DNA of 64,000 bases from Octopus bimaculoides (lineage: Eukaryota), in the NCBI RefSeq assembly GCF_001194135.2, contig NC_068983.1, forward strand, positions 26,982,344 through 27,046,343. The letters run 5' to 3'. A program made the position numbers and the translations under genes. Shown one piece after another: positions 1 through 12,329 of this stretch (its first letter is position 1; the number at the start of each line of letters is the position of its first letter). The notes below the pieces were generated by a model. The model made no database searches, was not told the DNA's origin, and worked only from the letters and a program-made list of their open reading frames with translations.

Positions 1-142
1 AGATTTCCCGTGCAAACAAGTTGCACAACTGAATATGTCAGTTGTTGCACAGCTTTTGTACATAAAATATTACTGAGAAACAAACTTTTTAGAAGCAAAA
101 AAGGCAAAACTTACGGAGCCGATGTGTCTACCGTCCGACCAT

Positions 143-147
143 GATAG

Positions 148-210
<63 letters not shown>

Positions 211-281
211 CAAACGAACAGACCGATAGGCAGACAGACAGACAGTCAGACAGACAGACAGATAGATAGACATACAGACAG

Positions 282-331
<50 letters not shown>

Positions 332-360
332 GTAGATAGATAGATAGATAGATAGATAGA
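143..360. repeat. Compound (GATA)n/(GACA)n microsatellite
   Basis: Directly visible tetranucleotide array with a GACA-rich middle block. Confidence 0.97.
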
Positions 361-1155
361 TTACAAAGGAAAAGATATTAAAATTCGGGGGAATATTTTA
401 TGAGCGCTGAGTATGAATCTTACTTGACTAATTAAATTTTCCAATTGTAATCCCCATGGGCCTCAAAATCACTTTCTGCTGCTGATTCAATGTATAAATC
501 CAGAGTTTAAAAGCCTGAAAACTTTAGTGTTAGATCACAGGGTATTGTACAAAAACACACAAAAGGATAAAATTATACATTATTTTATTAGATCGCCCAT
601 ATTTCCGTTACAGAGACAAATTCAAAATTCTGCGATGAAGTAATCATGGATATTAATCGATTCTATAAATGGTTGTCTAAGATTCTACAGCGATTTGGAA
701 AATTTAGCACCATTCTACTGTTAAGAAGGCTATTGGATACTGCTTAGAATACAGAACTTGTGAAATTAGATAGTTGTAAATCTAACAGGCAGTATAAGTG
801 GTACGGAATTATTTCAGCAAACCTAACTTTGAAGACCGCTTATCATTTCATGACAAGATTGTAATATGATATTTATTGTTAATAATCAGTACAGCCAACT
901 TTAAAAATATATTACATCAAATTTCCCCGCTTCTCACAACTATTACTGGCCACTTGAAATACACAGACGAAGTATTTAGAACCAGGCTGTACAGGTTGTA
1001 TATAGAACAGGGTGGAAATGCTGTTTGAACAGTATTCATTTTAAATGATATTCATCAGGAGAAACAGGGAGGTCGAGACAAGAAGTATTGTAAAGGAAAC
1101 TATGCACCATGTTATTCTCTAGGGAAGATATACTTCAAAGCAAATATTTTCCTTA

Positions 1156-1410
1156 AAACTGGTACTTAATTTATCTACTCCAAAAAGGTTGAAAGGAAAA
1201 GACGACTCCGGTGGATTGTGAACTCAGAACGTAAAGACAGAGGCTAAGCATTTCACGCAGCGTGCTAACGTTTCTTATTTCTTTATTGCCCAGAAGGGGC
1301 TAAACATAGAGGGGACAAACAAGGACAGACAAAGGGATTAAGTCGATTACATCGACCCCAGTGTGTAACTGGTACTTAATTTATCGACCCCGAAAGATGA
1401 AAGGCAAAGC
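1156..1410 (-). mobile_element. Two adjacent fragments of a cephalopod-type tRNA-headed SINE (family B)
   Basis: The motif 'aactggtacttaatttatc...gaaagg..aaag' occurs twice (about 1158 and 1368). It recurs, decayed, at 27800-27890 and 51640-51850 and in reverse orientation at 42959-43195. Confidence 0.8.
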
Positions 1411-1431
1411 ATATGGCTCAGTGCTACACGA

Positions 1432-2400
1432 ATTACAGATGAGAGCCATGGACCACTTCTAAATTCCAGACAAAGTAACCAAAATAATGAGGATGTATTA
1501 TGACGGTTTCGAGATGAGGTTTACAGATGGGGATTTTAGAACAGATTGGCACCGATTGGAGATTGGAATTGCTGTTGACTATACAATGTGTGAAACGTGG
1601 CTTAAAATAGTCATGGAGACGATTTTGAAAGCCATGGAGTTTTCGGAATAAATCGCCCATGTACAATCGCCTAAGAAAGTCTTCATGGATGACGTGATAA
1701 CTCTATCTGCAGAAAAGCAAATCATGCAAATTGCTCTCGTGAGACTAGACGAGCTTGTGAGATGGTCAAGGATTGGGTTTAGAGCAAAAAAGTTGCGTTG
1801 CCTGACATTTGTTAAGAGAGAATAAAAAACGGACCTTTTAATGTCGTGTGAAAGAAAGTTGTGAATCTAGTCGTATTTGACGGTTCCTCATCAAGATAAA
1901 ATGGACGCTGCTCAGGCACGAATGGTTGACCGTTATCTTCGAGGAATGTGAAGACAGGCTGGAAAAGGGAGCCTTTTCTAATCGAAGTCGGATGTAGAGG
2001 GTTTGTTGGACACAGTATGAAGTGACTGTTGCTATCGTTAGGGCTAACTCACCGTAAAGTAAATACCACCATGACCGATATCCAAACTACAGTGGAAAAG
2101 GCTAGCCACTAGATTTAGTTAAAAAGAGATGATGAGCGATGGCTAGAAGAATATTGAGCTTTATTTGATAACTAGTTGATCTAGCAAGTGGGGTCTCATA
2201 TCAGTGGGGGGGGGGCATGCGCATTGATGCCGTTGAAAGATAGGCCCTGAAATGGCGCGCGTTCTCTCCTGATGAGCCCCATACACTTGCAGGCTTCCGA
2301 TATGCGGAGTACTCGACTGGTAGCACTTGCATGAGCAAATTGTTTGCAAAACATCCTTTATCTTCTACGTAAACATCCAGATTTAGCGCGTACAACCTGT
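1432..2400 (+). mobile_element. Degenerate, internally deleted HERO-like (RLE-clade) non-LTR retrotransposon
   Basis: Manual translation gives RT segments 'YYDGFEMRFTDGDFRTDWHRLEIGIA' and 'VFMDDVITL...RLDELVRWSRIGFRAKK' (FMDD at 1682-1693). These are followed by RLE-end motifs 'LTVPHQDKMDAAQAR' (from 1877) and 'GWKREPFLIEVGCRGFVGH' (IEVG from 1981). Stops and frameshifts are present. Confidence 0.8.
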
Positions 2401-3277
2401 ACTACATAATTTAAATCATCAACCTTGGTATTGCATTTAGATGTGCGATATTCTGAAATCTTTATGAAATGAATCGAGATGATTGTTTTGCTTCAAATAT
2501 TATAATCCTGTTTATCGACAGCCCGCATATATAGGTAGCAATTAATGGATTAAACCTTACAACTCGATTGCAGTTTAAGTTCTTCCCCGAGAAACTACGG
2601 CTACATATATGTTCCTCTGTCACCTTTGTGCTTAAACTATTTACTGTGTGTGCGTGTACTTGTACTCTTTAGTAATCACGTATATTTTTTTATTGAATAT
2701 CAGTATGGGCATACACCTCTTTGCCTTTGCTTGTAAAGTCGTATATTCAACTATGCTTGTAGCCAAAATTTACAACTTTAAACTTATGTTTTATGCAATT
2801 TGCTTAAATATTAGCTATGATAATTAAATCAGTGACAACCAGCATGTCCAAAACAACCAATGAGGACAGATTAAATAACTTGTCTTCTACTCTTTCATTC
2901 ATATGTCATGTCCCCACCGCAGGCTATATATTTCAGAACATTAACTGTGCTGGTGACGGCTGCCATATAAGGCAAAACGCAGCCGTCTGTTTACTCCAGG
3001 TAATGTAGTGTCAGTCTTTAAAAATTATTAATATAGAAATCAATTATTTTCATCGTGTGGAGTTGGTAACGATTGCCACAAAACTTTCGGCCTACCCTCT
3101 CTAGAACAGGAGATTTCTAAAAATCAAATTTATCTTCCATTTTATTTACTATAAACTTTTTGCTTAAATAAATGCCATTGACCACATTGATTTCTTTCTC
3201 TTAGCGCAAATTCGTTTACACATACATGAATATACAACCAAATATACACAGAGGTATATAAATGTATATATCTATAA

Positions 3278-3308
<31 letters not shown>

Positions 3309-3463
3309 NNNNNNNNNNNNNNNNNNNNNNNNNNNNNNNNNNNNNNNNNNNNNNNNNNNNNNNNNNNNNNNNNNNNNNNNNNNNNNNNNNNNNNNNNNNN
3401 NNNNNNNNNNNNNNNNNNNNNNNNNNNNNNNNNNNNNNNNNNNNNNNNNNNNNNNNNNNNNNN

Positions 3464-3534
<71 letters not shown>

Positions 3535-4310
3535 GTAAACATACGCACGCACATACGTGTGAATATATTTAGATATCTAGGCTGACCAATAAGTAGGTAT
3601 ACACTTTATATTACTCTGTTTAATTTCGTGTGTGCTCAATCTGACTTCCATCCACTATACAACATACCACAAACCTGTCGAGGTCATTGTTTTATTTATT
3701 TTATTTTATTTTTTATTATTTCATACTGTTAATCATATTCATTTAATTAATTTATTTATTTTTTATTCCGTACAGAAAGTCGATTCTAATGCAGTACTTG
3801 AAGATGAAAAATGCTGAGCACGTGGAAAGTTTTTAACACCATCATGTTGAAAAAATTATCTTATAATAGTTAAATTTGAAACATCCCGATTAGTGATTAA
3901 TGCACTGGACGACTCAGGGCGTCTCATACTTGGGTAAATTAGATAAGAGTCGCTATGCTTTCTATGTACTGTCCATAAGATATCCCAAGCGCGTGCGTCC
4001 CAAAGGCTCACCATACCGGGAATTTTTGTACCCTACATAATGCATAAATTGAAATTGAAGCCTTAAGGTCTACAAGAGTCAGCTGTTCTTCCGGAAAGCG
4101 ACCCAAATTGTAAGTTTCAATTCTGTGCGATATTGTGTGATGAATAATCTGACGATGGAGAGCTTGATAGGATCATTTCGACAAATGTAACTTGTAAGTT
4201 GTCGAACCATTGTAAGTTGTCGAACCACGTGAACAGGCATTATTGTTTGTATTAGGCAAATAAAAATCATCATTTGTCCTATCGCCTTTCTGCCGAGCCA
4301 GCCTGGATTC

Positions 4311-4401
4311 ACAGATAGACGATACAAAGAATGCACGGACAGGTCATTCTGAGTTTTCTCTCTTCAGTCGAGATCCAGATTATCCTTGCAATTTCGTCTG
4401 G

Positions 4402-4405
<4 letters not shown>
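4311..4405 (-). repeat. Dispersed non-coding module associated with PLE ends (copy 1)
   Basis: The 18-mer acagatagacgatacaaa (4311-4328) is identical to 7919-7936. Both are followed by 'ggtcatt...tttc..tc.tcagtc.ag'. Strand is inferred from the linked PLEs. Confidence 0.7.
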
Positions 4406-4439
<34 letters not shown>

Positions 4440-4842
4440 NNNNNNNNNNNNNNNNNNNNNNNNNNNNNNNNNNNNNNNNNNNNNNNNNNNNNNNNNNNNN
4501 NNNNNNNNNNNNNNNNNNNNNNNNNNNNNNNNNNNNNNNNNNNNNNNNNNNNNNNNNNNNNNNNNNNNNNNNNNNNNNNNNNNNNNNNNNNNNNNNNNNN
4601 NNNNNNNNNNNNNNNNNNNNNNNNNNNNNNNNNNNNNNNNNNNNNNNNNNNNNNNNNNNNNNNNNNNNNNNNNNNNNNNNNNNNNNNNNNNNNNNNNNNN
4701 NNNNNNNNNNNNNNNNNNNNNNNNNNNNNNNNNNNNNNNNNNNNNNNNNNNNNNNNNNNNNNNNNNNNNNNNNNNNNNNNNNNNNNNNNNNNNNNNNNNN
4801 NNNNNNNNNNNNNNNNNNNNNNNNNNNNNNNNNNNNNNNNNN

Positions 4843-4880
<38 letters not shown>

Positions 4881-4948
4881 GAGAGGAAGAGAGAGACAGA
4901 GAGAGTAATAAAAGTAAGAATTACTCCGAAGTAGCAATAGCATTAGCT

Positions 4949-4981
<33 letters not shown>

Positions 4982-6230
4982 ATATATAGAGGTGTAGAGA
5001 GAGAGAGAGGGAGATGCAAATAGATACATATATGCATACAACAATGAATATAGAGATAGATATAACATCATATATACGCTTTTGAAGCATGAGTTTTGTT
5101 AATATGTGTCTGAGCGAAATATTAGATATATGTTGCTCTTCATTTTCTATTCCTAATATAGGAACCAACGCATTTACATTACTGTCGCAATTTCATTATT
5201 ATTATATAACTACATATACTTTATTGACACACAGTGAGCAATTTAAAATATCCGTATACCATTGTGAAGAAACAGCAATACTAAAGTTCTAAAAAATAAT
5301 AAAACGTGTGCAGTTTTAGTAAAGATATAGTTGTACATCTGTTAGCTAATTCCCAATACATTACTAAGTGTTACTGGAAAGTGAGTGATATCACATTGCT
5401 CGGAAACAGTAACCAGCGTGTATGTTATTGTCCTGGTAACCTTGATATGATGATGAATAACAGAAATTGGATATATATATTGCTTGGCAATTTATAGAAC
5501 TTAGATAAATATGATTTAGTTATACACTGCGTCTTGAACCAATTTTACAATGAAACGTAAACACGGTTATAGTAGCAAGGCTAGATAGGGATTATATTTC
5601 CACGTATCTCCATCTTAGCTGATATATGTTATTTTATACTAAATGACAAAAAATTGCGAACACGCATCTATCACACACACACAGAGTAACAACCTCATAT
5701 ATATACACAAATGCATACACACATACATCAATTATACATATGCACAGCGTTTGCATTTTCATATGTTTACGTGCATGTAAGATTACATATGTATGTAGGA
5801 CTGTTTCATGAAGAAGGCGTGTGTGACAATAACTCATAAAAACATTTAAATTTTAAGTTTAAATCGGCAAGACAAACTAGATTATTTACAAATGGCATTC
5901 AAATAAAATTATGTTTGTGTGCCTGTCTCCGTATGATTGTGCATTGCTTGTTAAAAAACATGCATATACACGTGTGCATGTGTGTGTATGTGTATGTGCG
6001 CGTATATATATATATATATATATAAATATATATATAAATATATATATATATATATGTATAAATGTGTATTGATTTATGTATCTATATATATATATATATG
6101 TGTGTCTATTTGTGTATATACATATGTGTGTGTGTGCGTGTGTGTGTGTGTGTGTGAGTATGTGTGTGTGTGTACATATACTTTTACACTCAGAGAAAAT
6201 CATATCTTCTATTCATGTATAAATATATGC

Positions 6231-6268
<38 letters not shown>

Positions 6269-6642
6269 TTATATATAAATATATACATATATATATATAT
6301 GCCTATGTGTGTGATTGTTTGCGTATTTGTGTGTATGTATGTGTGCGTGCGCGCGTGTGTTTGTAAAATGGTATTTGTGTATTTATACAGATTGTATGCG
6401 GACAAAGAGTATGTACGTTGAAAACAGAACGTGGGAGAAAATATGTAACGCTTAAGTGGGTGCTACATATAACATCATTTCCCCTTTAAAATGCAATCAA
6501 CATACAATCATACATCTCGATGCGTCGATCAATGTTCAACATACAATCTATTAATGCTTATGCACACTCAATATGGCAAGCATTCAACAGTAATTTGTAG
6601 AATACATGCATTTGTGTGTGTATGCGTTTGTGTTTGTGTTTA

Positions 6643-6679
<37 letters not shown>

Positions 6680-6941
6680 GTGTGTGTGTACACGTACAAA
6701 CATACTACAACCGTGATGGCAACCTCTGCTGCAGTTTAAACTACTTGTTGTTGCATTCAATTAATTTTACCATAAAATCTAATAAAATAAATTATGTGTA
6801 TGTGTGTGCATTTGTGTATGCGTGTGTGTATGTGTAAATGCATGTATGTAATCTTATCATACACTTCATTTGCGTCTGTGCGGAAACACAAATCCTATAT
6901 ATGTGTGTATGCTGAAATACAAATGCTGTATATGTGTGTTA

Positions 6942-6973
<32 letters not shown>

Positions 6974-7904
6974 GTGTGTGTGTGTGTAATTATGTGTACA
7001 CGTACACAGACATTCATATACATGATTCATATTCATAAATCATATACCAGAGAATTGGAAGAAAAGGAGGGGTATTGTCTGTGTTTACAAAATCGCCACT
7101 TCACAAGTGTATTATTTAGATATTTTAGATTTTAGATTTATAACTTCACAAATATAAAAAAAAGAAGAAAGAACTAAATTTAATAAATTTATATTTTGGT
7201 GGGAAATTCAGTTATGTCACTAGGACTTATAAGATATATGCTATTTAAATAAATAGAGCATTTAAATTGCGTCTTCACACAATGAAGCGTTCATCTATTT
7301 ATGTATTTTGTATTGTTTCCTTTTATAGAGATGTAAAATATCGCGTGTCTGCCAAAAATCTATCCGTTTCGGTTTTCATTGAGTATTTACTTCAAATATT
7401 CGTAATATGCTACAAAAGGGAACAAACAAAATTATTTCCCATTCGCAGATTGCTCACCGCCACTTAAGATTCAGACGATGTTAGTAGATTAGAATCTCAG
7501 TTGGAAGTTCATACATGTTTATTGTATTTTATGCATCTGAAGACAAAACCTGGCGGGGTGAATATATTCAGTCTATGATAAAATTTAAAAGCATTCCTAT
7601 TTCATAATTATGGGGAGTGGGGTTATAATTAAAATGTCATGGATTTAGAGCCATGCAATTCTCTTAGATTCAACGGACTATCTCTACGAAGTCATATATA
7701 TCAAGAACATAAAATTTGCAATAAATATATACTTACCTATTTACGCCCAAGCACACATACACACGCACACAAACAAACAAACACACACACACATGCACCA
7801 ATGTATATATATATACATTAAACGCACACATGTGCACGCCTCATCATTAAATTTTATGCCTGTATATATATATATATAAATGGAATAATTACGCAACAGA
7901 GGAC

Positions 7905-8597
7905 ATTAAAACATTCGGACAGATAGACGATACAAACACGGACAAGAGAAACAACAATTAGAATGACAGGCAAAAAAAAGACGGGTCATTCGTGGCTTTC
8001 TTTCCTCAGTCAAGTTACAGGAGTCACGACACTTTCCGGCATTAACACTTGAGATGGTTCGATCTGGTTTCCCCAAAAAGAGTTTAAGCTAAGAGCATTA
8101 GACACCTTTGTAAGAAAGGTGGAGAATGTGTACGGCAACAAAGACAAAAAGCAACCGAACAAAAAAAAACGGAGAACATGTTACACAATTACGAATACAA
8201 ACATCAAGAAATAACAAGAGGTGCCTTTGGACTGAGACCGAATCAAATTGAGCTGGCATGTATGAAGTGAAAGCCTAAAGTCAGGAACATAGGAGATGGA
8301 CATGAGAGGTGTTGGCGGTCGGCAGTCAGACCAAAAAAGAAAGAACATGGCTGACCGGACACCGGCACGTGGAAGGAGATGGGTAGGGGCAGTGGGATTG
8401 AACGATTAGAAAAAATCAGAGACGAAGAGAAAGGTACAGGGGAGATAAACGAGTTGGAAATAGTGGGAGTTAAAGAAAGAGAGGGCCAAGAAATGTGAGA
8501 AAGGGAGAGCGAGAGAAAGGAAGAAAAATGAGAGAGGGAATAAAAGATAGATTTAGAGTCGTACAAAATTGAGATACGTACCTACTAGTAGGTGAGC
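7905..8597 (-). repeat. PLE-associated non-coding region containing copy 2 of the shared module
   Basis: Shares the module with 4311 and 22357. It is pyrimidine-rich on the minus strand and lies downstream of the GIY-YIG ORF at 8722, across a 24-N gap. Confidence 0.55.
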
Positions 8598-8721
8598 NNN
8601 NNNNNNNNNNNNNNNNNNNNNNTTTAATTCCATTTGTTTATCTATATATTGTATTATACTTTGTTCATATTATTATTGGTTTATGGGTAACATGTTGTCA
8701 CATGCTGTGGTTTGTGGTTTG

Positions 8722-9150
8722 TTAGTGGTGTGTGTTAGTGTTCCATTCTAGTTTCCTATTCAGGCTAGGTTTCTCTTCTATTATGTGTGTAGCTTCAGTA
8801 ATTTGTCTGAGTGCTGCATCACTGCTATGTGTAGATAAGATTTTAATTTCTATGTTGTTGATTGAGCCTCTATGTTCTTGCTCAGCGTGCTGGTACAGAA
8901 CTGATGAGTTCTTCCCTTCCTTAAGTTCCCGCCAATGTCCGTTTGCCCGCTCCCCTATGCTACTTGCTGTTTCGCCTACACATGTCATTGTCTTATTTCT
9001 GTATCGTCCCTCTGTACATCTTATACTATAGACCACATTTCTGGTTTTGCAGTTCGTTTGTGGGCTAAATCTACATATGATACAGTGCCTATCAGTGCAG
9101 GGGGTTCTACTGAAAGGGTATGTTCTACTGATAAGGGATTTAATAGGGTT
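8722..9150 (-). mobile_element. Penelope-like element GIY-YIG endonuclease C-terminus (PLE1), truncated by an assembly gap
   Basis: An open frame of about 142 aa contains the Zn-knuckle 'PCTDRHCIIC', 'NVVYSIRC', 'CVGET...ERANGH', 'VLYQHAEQEH', 'RQITEATHI' and 'PSLNRKLEW', which is the canonical PLE endonuclease motif order. Confidence 0.9.
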
Positions 9151-10051
9151 NNNNNNNNNNNNNNNNNNNNNNNNNNNNNNNNNNNNNNNNNNNNNNNNNN
9201 NNNNNNNNNNNNNNNNNNNNNNNNNNNNNNNNNNNNNNNNNNNNNNNNNNNNNNNNNNNNNNNNNNNNNNNNNNNNNNNNNNNNNNNNNNNNNNNNNNNN
9301 NNNNNNNNNNNNNNNNNNNNNNNNNNNNNNNNNNNNNNNNNNNNNNNNNNNNNNNNNNNNNNNNNNNNNNNNNNNNNNNNNNNNNNNNNNNNNNNNNNNN
9401 NNNNNNNNNNNNNNNNNNNNNNNNNNNNNNNNNNNNNNNNNNNNNNNNNNNNNNNNNNNNNNNNNNNNNNNNNNNNNNNNNNNNNNNNNNNNNNNNNNNN
9501 NNNNNNNNNNNNNNNNNNNNNNNNNNNNNNNNNNNNNNNNNNNNNNNNNNNNNNNNNNNNNNNNNNNNNNNNNNNNNNNNNNNNNNNNNNNNNNNNNNNN
9601 NNNNNNNNNNNNNNNNNNNNNNNNNNNNNNNNNNNNNNNNNNNNNNNNNNNNNNNNNNNNNNNNNNNNNNNNNNNNNNNNNNNNNNNNNNNNNNNNNNNN
9701 NNNNNNNNNNNNNNNNNNNNNNNNNNNNNNNNNNNNNNNNNNNNNNNNNNNNNNNNNNNNNNNNNNNNNNNNNNNNNNNNNNNNNNNNNNNNNNNNNNNN
9801 NNNNNNNNNNNNNNNNNNNNNNNNNNNNNNNNNNNNNNNNNNNNNNNNNNNNNNNNNNNNNNNNNNNNNNNNNNNNNNNNNNNNNNNNNNNNNNNNNNNN
9901 NNNNNNNNNNNNNNNNNNNNNNNNNNNNNNNNNNNNNNNNNNNNNNNNNNNNNNNNNNNNNNNNNNNNNNNNNNNNNNNNNNNNNNNNNNNNNNNNNNNN
10001 NNNNNNNNNNNNNNNNNNNNNNNNNNNNNNNNNNNNNNNNNNNNNNNNNNN

Positions 10052-10088
<37 letters not shown>

Positions 10089-10204
10089 GGGGGGGTATGT
10101 GTGTATACAATTGAGTAGACAAACGAAAGAATGCACTCAACCAATTTATTGAGAGTTACGTGGATGGATCAAAACAGCTTCATTCAAACTTGTCATACAC
10201 TTGA

Positions 10205-10440
10205 GTTTCAAGCATGATGTTAGTCGTTCGCCATTCTGAATTTGAGTGGCAGAAGTTGATTGTTATTACATTAAAGTAGGGTGCGATTAGTCGAGGAAGG
10301 TCACGTGTTGTCATGGTTTGATGTTGGTATATGAGTAACAGATAGTTAGAAAATACCGCATGTTGAACTGGAAATTGAGCACCTGCAGGACAGGAAATAG
10401 AGCGTGGCGATTAGAAATAGTTCAAGTTGTTCGGGTGCAA
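10205..10440 (+). mobile_element. Possible very decayed Tc1-like transposase N-terminal (HTH) remnant
   Basis: Weak motif resemblance only ('RHSEFE', 'IVRKY', 'VQVVR'), with several stops. Confidence 0.25.
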
Positions 10441-10451
10441 GTATATATTTC

Positions 10452-10499
<48 letters not shown>

Positions 10500-10803
10500 T
10501 GTGTGTGTGTATGTGTGTGTGTGCGTGTGTGTGTGTGTGTGTGCGTGTGTGTGTGTGAGTGTGTGTGCAGACAGGCTAATGTGGTTTTCCGTGAATGTGT
10601 ATATTGATGTTACTGTGCGCATATCTCCAGACACACACATACACACACATACACTCACATACACACATGCTTAGACCAACCTACTGGCACATGCACACAC
10701 ATGCACATGCATACACACATGCACACACATACACGTATACACACACATGCTTATTCATTCATATATACATGTGTATATGCTCATACATTTACGCATGCAT
10801 ACC

Positions 10804-10924
10804 ATGATCAGAATATTTGCTGTAGCACATCTTTTATACCAAGACAGAACAACGTACATGATAACACTTCCAATCAATTAAGATAAGAAACCATGAGAGC
10901 CACTACCTGGTACTGCGTCAGGGC

Positions 10925-10978
<54 letters not shown>

Positions 10979-11150
10979 CATTATTATTATTATTATTATT
11001 ATTATTAATATTATTATTATTATTGAGAGAGCAGGGCATGCCATGAAAGTGACACTGGGGTAAAATATACGAAGCCCATTATACCCTTCATGACTACTCG
11101 TCTGATAAGGGTACACCGGGCACATGCATCACAACCATATGTGCGCGAAA
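10804..11150 (-). mobile_element. Interspersed repeat segments flanking an internal (AAT)n tract (10928-11023)
   Basis: The (TTA)n array is directly visible. The flanks 'ggtgtacccttatcagacg...ccctgctctctc' and 'aaatgccctgacgcagtaccagg...' are recalled as abundant Octopus repeats, which is unverified. Confidence 0.5.
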
Positions 11151-11830
11151 TGATGATCTACCTCTGACGGAATTTCCCCAACCTTCACCTTGGAAGTGCG
11201 TCTTCCCAGGTATGTCGGCAGGAGAACCAGGTTTGCTGTTTTCAAACAAGTGGTAGAGCGTTGTTTCGTTTTCTCCTCTGTTTGAAACCGAACTTCAACG
11301 GTCGCAATTTTTTTGCCTCTCGCCACATACCTCGTCTCCTGCCAGATAGGCTTTGAGTATTTTCCTTTGTTTCCTTAGAAGCCATGTCTATATTTGTTTT
11401 GTTTTCACCGAAAATGTCTTATAAATTACGGTTCTCGTTTTTGTAGTGTGTGCAATAAAGCCTAGTGGCGTCAACTTTACATTGTCCCTCTACTTTTATA
11501 GAAGACATTTGTATTTATCCAATTCGATGATTTTCATGCTTACAGTTTCGCTATTAACGATAGCTACTGATGCGAAATTTACATTACTCTTGTTTCTGGT
11601 AGCCCTGTCTTCATTTGTACATTGTCCTTTTTTTTTTTTTTTTGGTATTCAGTGACTCCGGGAATATCTCATCCGCTAATTCAGGAAGTTCGCCTTGGTG
11701 GGCGTCTTTGGGAGATAAAGTTGCTCACCTTTTTTTCATGTTTTCAAAAATATTAGAAAAATATAAGTTTCGCCCCTTTAAAAGGGGGAAAATCGCGAAA
11801 AACAGATCTGCTAATAACAGCACGTGTCTT
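11150..11830 (-). mobile_element. 5' end (UTR plus ORF1 N-terminus) of an L1/Tx1-like LINE
   Basis: From ATG 11739: 'MKKR*ATLSPKDAHQGELPELADEIFPESLNT...NFASVA...KTRTVIYKTFSVK...ILKAYLAGDEV'. After a frameshift it reads 'ARGKKIATVEVRFQTEE...LLPTYLGRRTSKVKVGEIPSEVD', resembling an RRM-type ORF1. Confidence 0.55.
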
Positions 11831-11939
11831 GTAATAACACCAAAACTAACAAATATTAATTCAACAAGAAAAATGTAACAATACCTATCGTTCTCACACG
11901 AAAAACAACTGCACTCTCTCGTATGGTTAAATGGAAAAC

Positions 11940-12300
11940 ATAGAGGGAAAAGATTGTATGAACAAATGAGTAACAGAAATGAATAAATAAGAATTAATAA
12001 GATAAAAATAAAAAAAATAAAAAATAAAACATATCAAAATTAAATAACAAAATTATGAATAATACAGTAATAAAATAAATAAAAATAGAATAATAAAATA
12101 GATAAAAAAACGAGAGAAAATAAAAATATGATAAATAGATAAAATAAAAGTATAAAAATAAACACGTACAACAGTACCAGAAATAAACGAATACAAAAGA
12201 CTAATAAAAAAAATTAATTGAAAATAACCGAATAAAAAATAAAAGAATAAACGATAAAAGTTATAAAGAATAAACAAATTAATAAATGAGTGAGAATGAG
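11940..12300. repeat. A-rich low-complexity tract (AATAAAA-like)
   Basis: Directly visible; it lies 3' of PLE2 on the minus strand. Confidence 0.85.
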
Positions 12301-12329
12301 ATAGAGTAAAAAAATATTTTGTGAGGAAG

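Noticed and set aside
2235-2280. Possible type II hammerhead (gaaa...cctgatgagcccc) in the HERO 3' region
   Set aside because: Stems I and III cannot be formed in register.
4192-4227. 18-bp tandem duplication ttgtaagttgtcgaacca x2 (a similar 21-bp period occurs at 58819-58855)
   Set aside because: Two units only with no spacers, so this is ordinary slippage and not CRISPR-like.
7981-8012. Hammerhead-like CUGAGGA...CGAAU on the minus strand (CUGAAGA...AGAAU in the 4311 copy)
   Set aside because: There is no GAAA, no consistent stem II closing pair between copies, and no stem I partner. It is kept only as part of the shared module.
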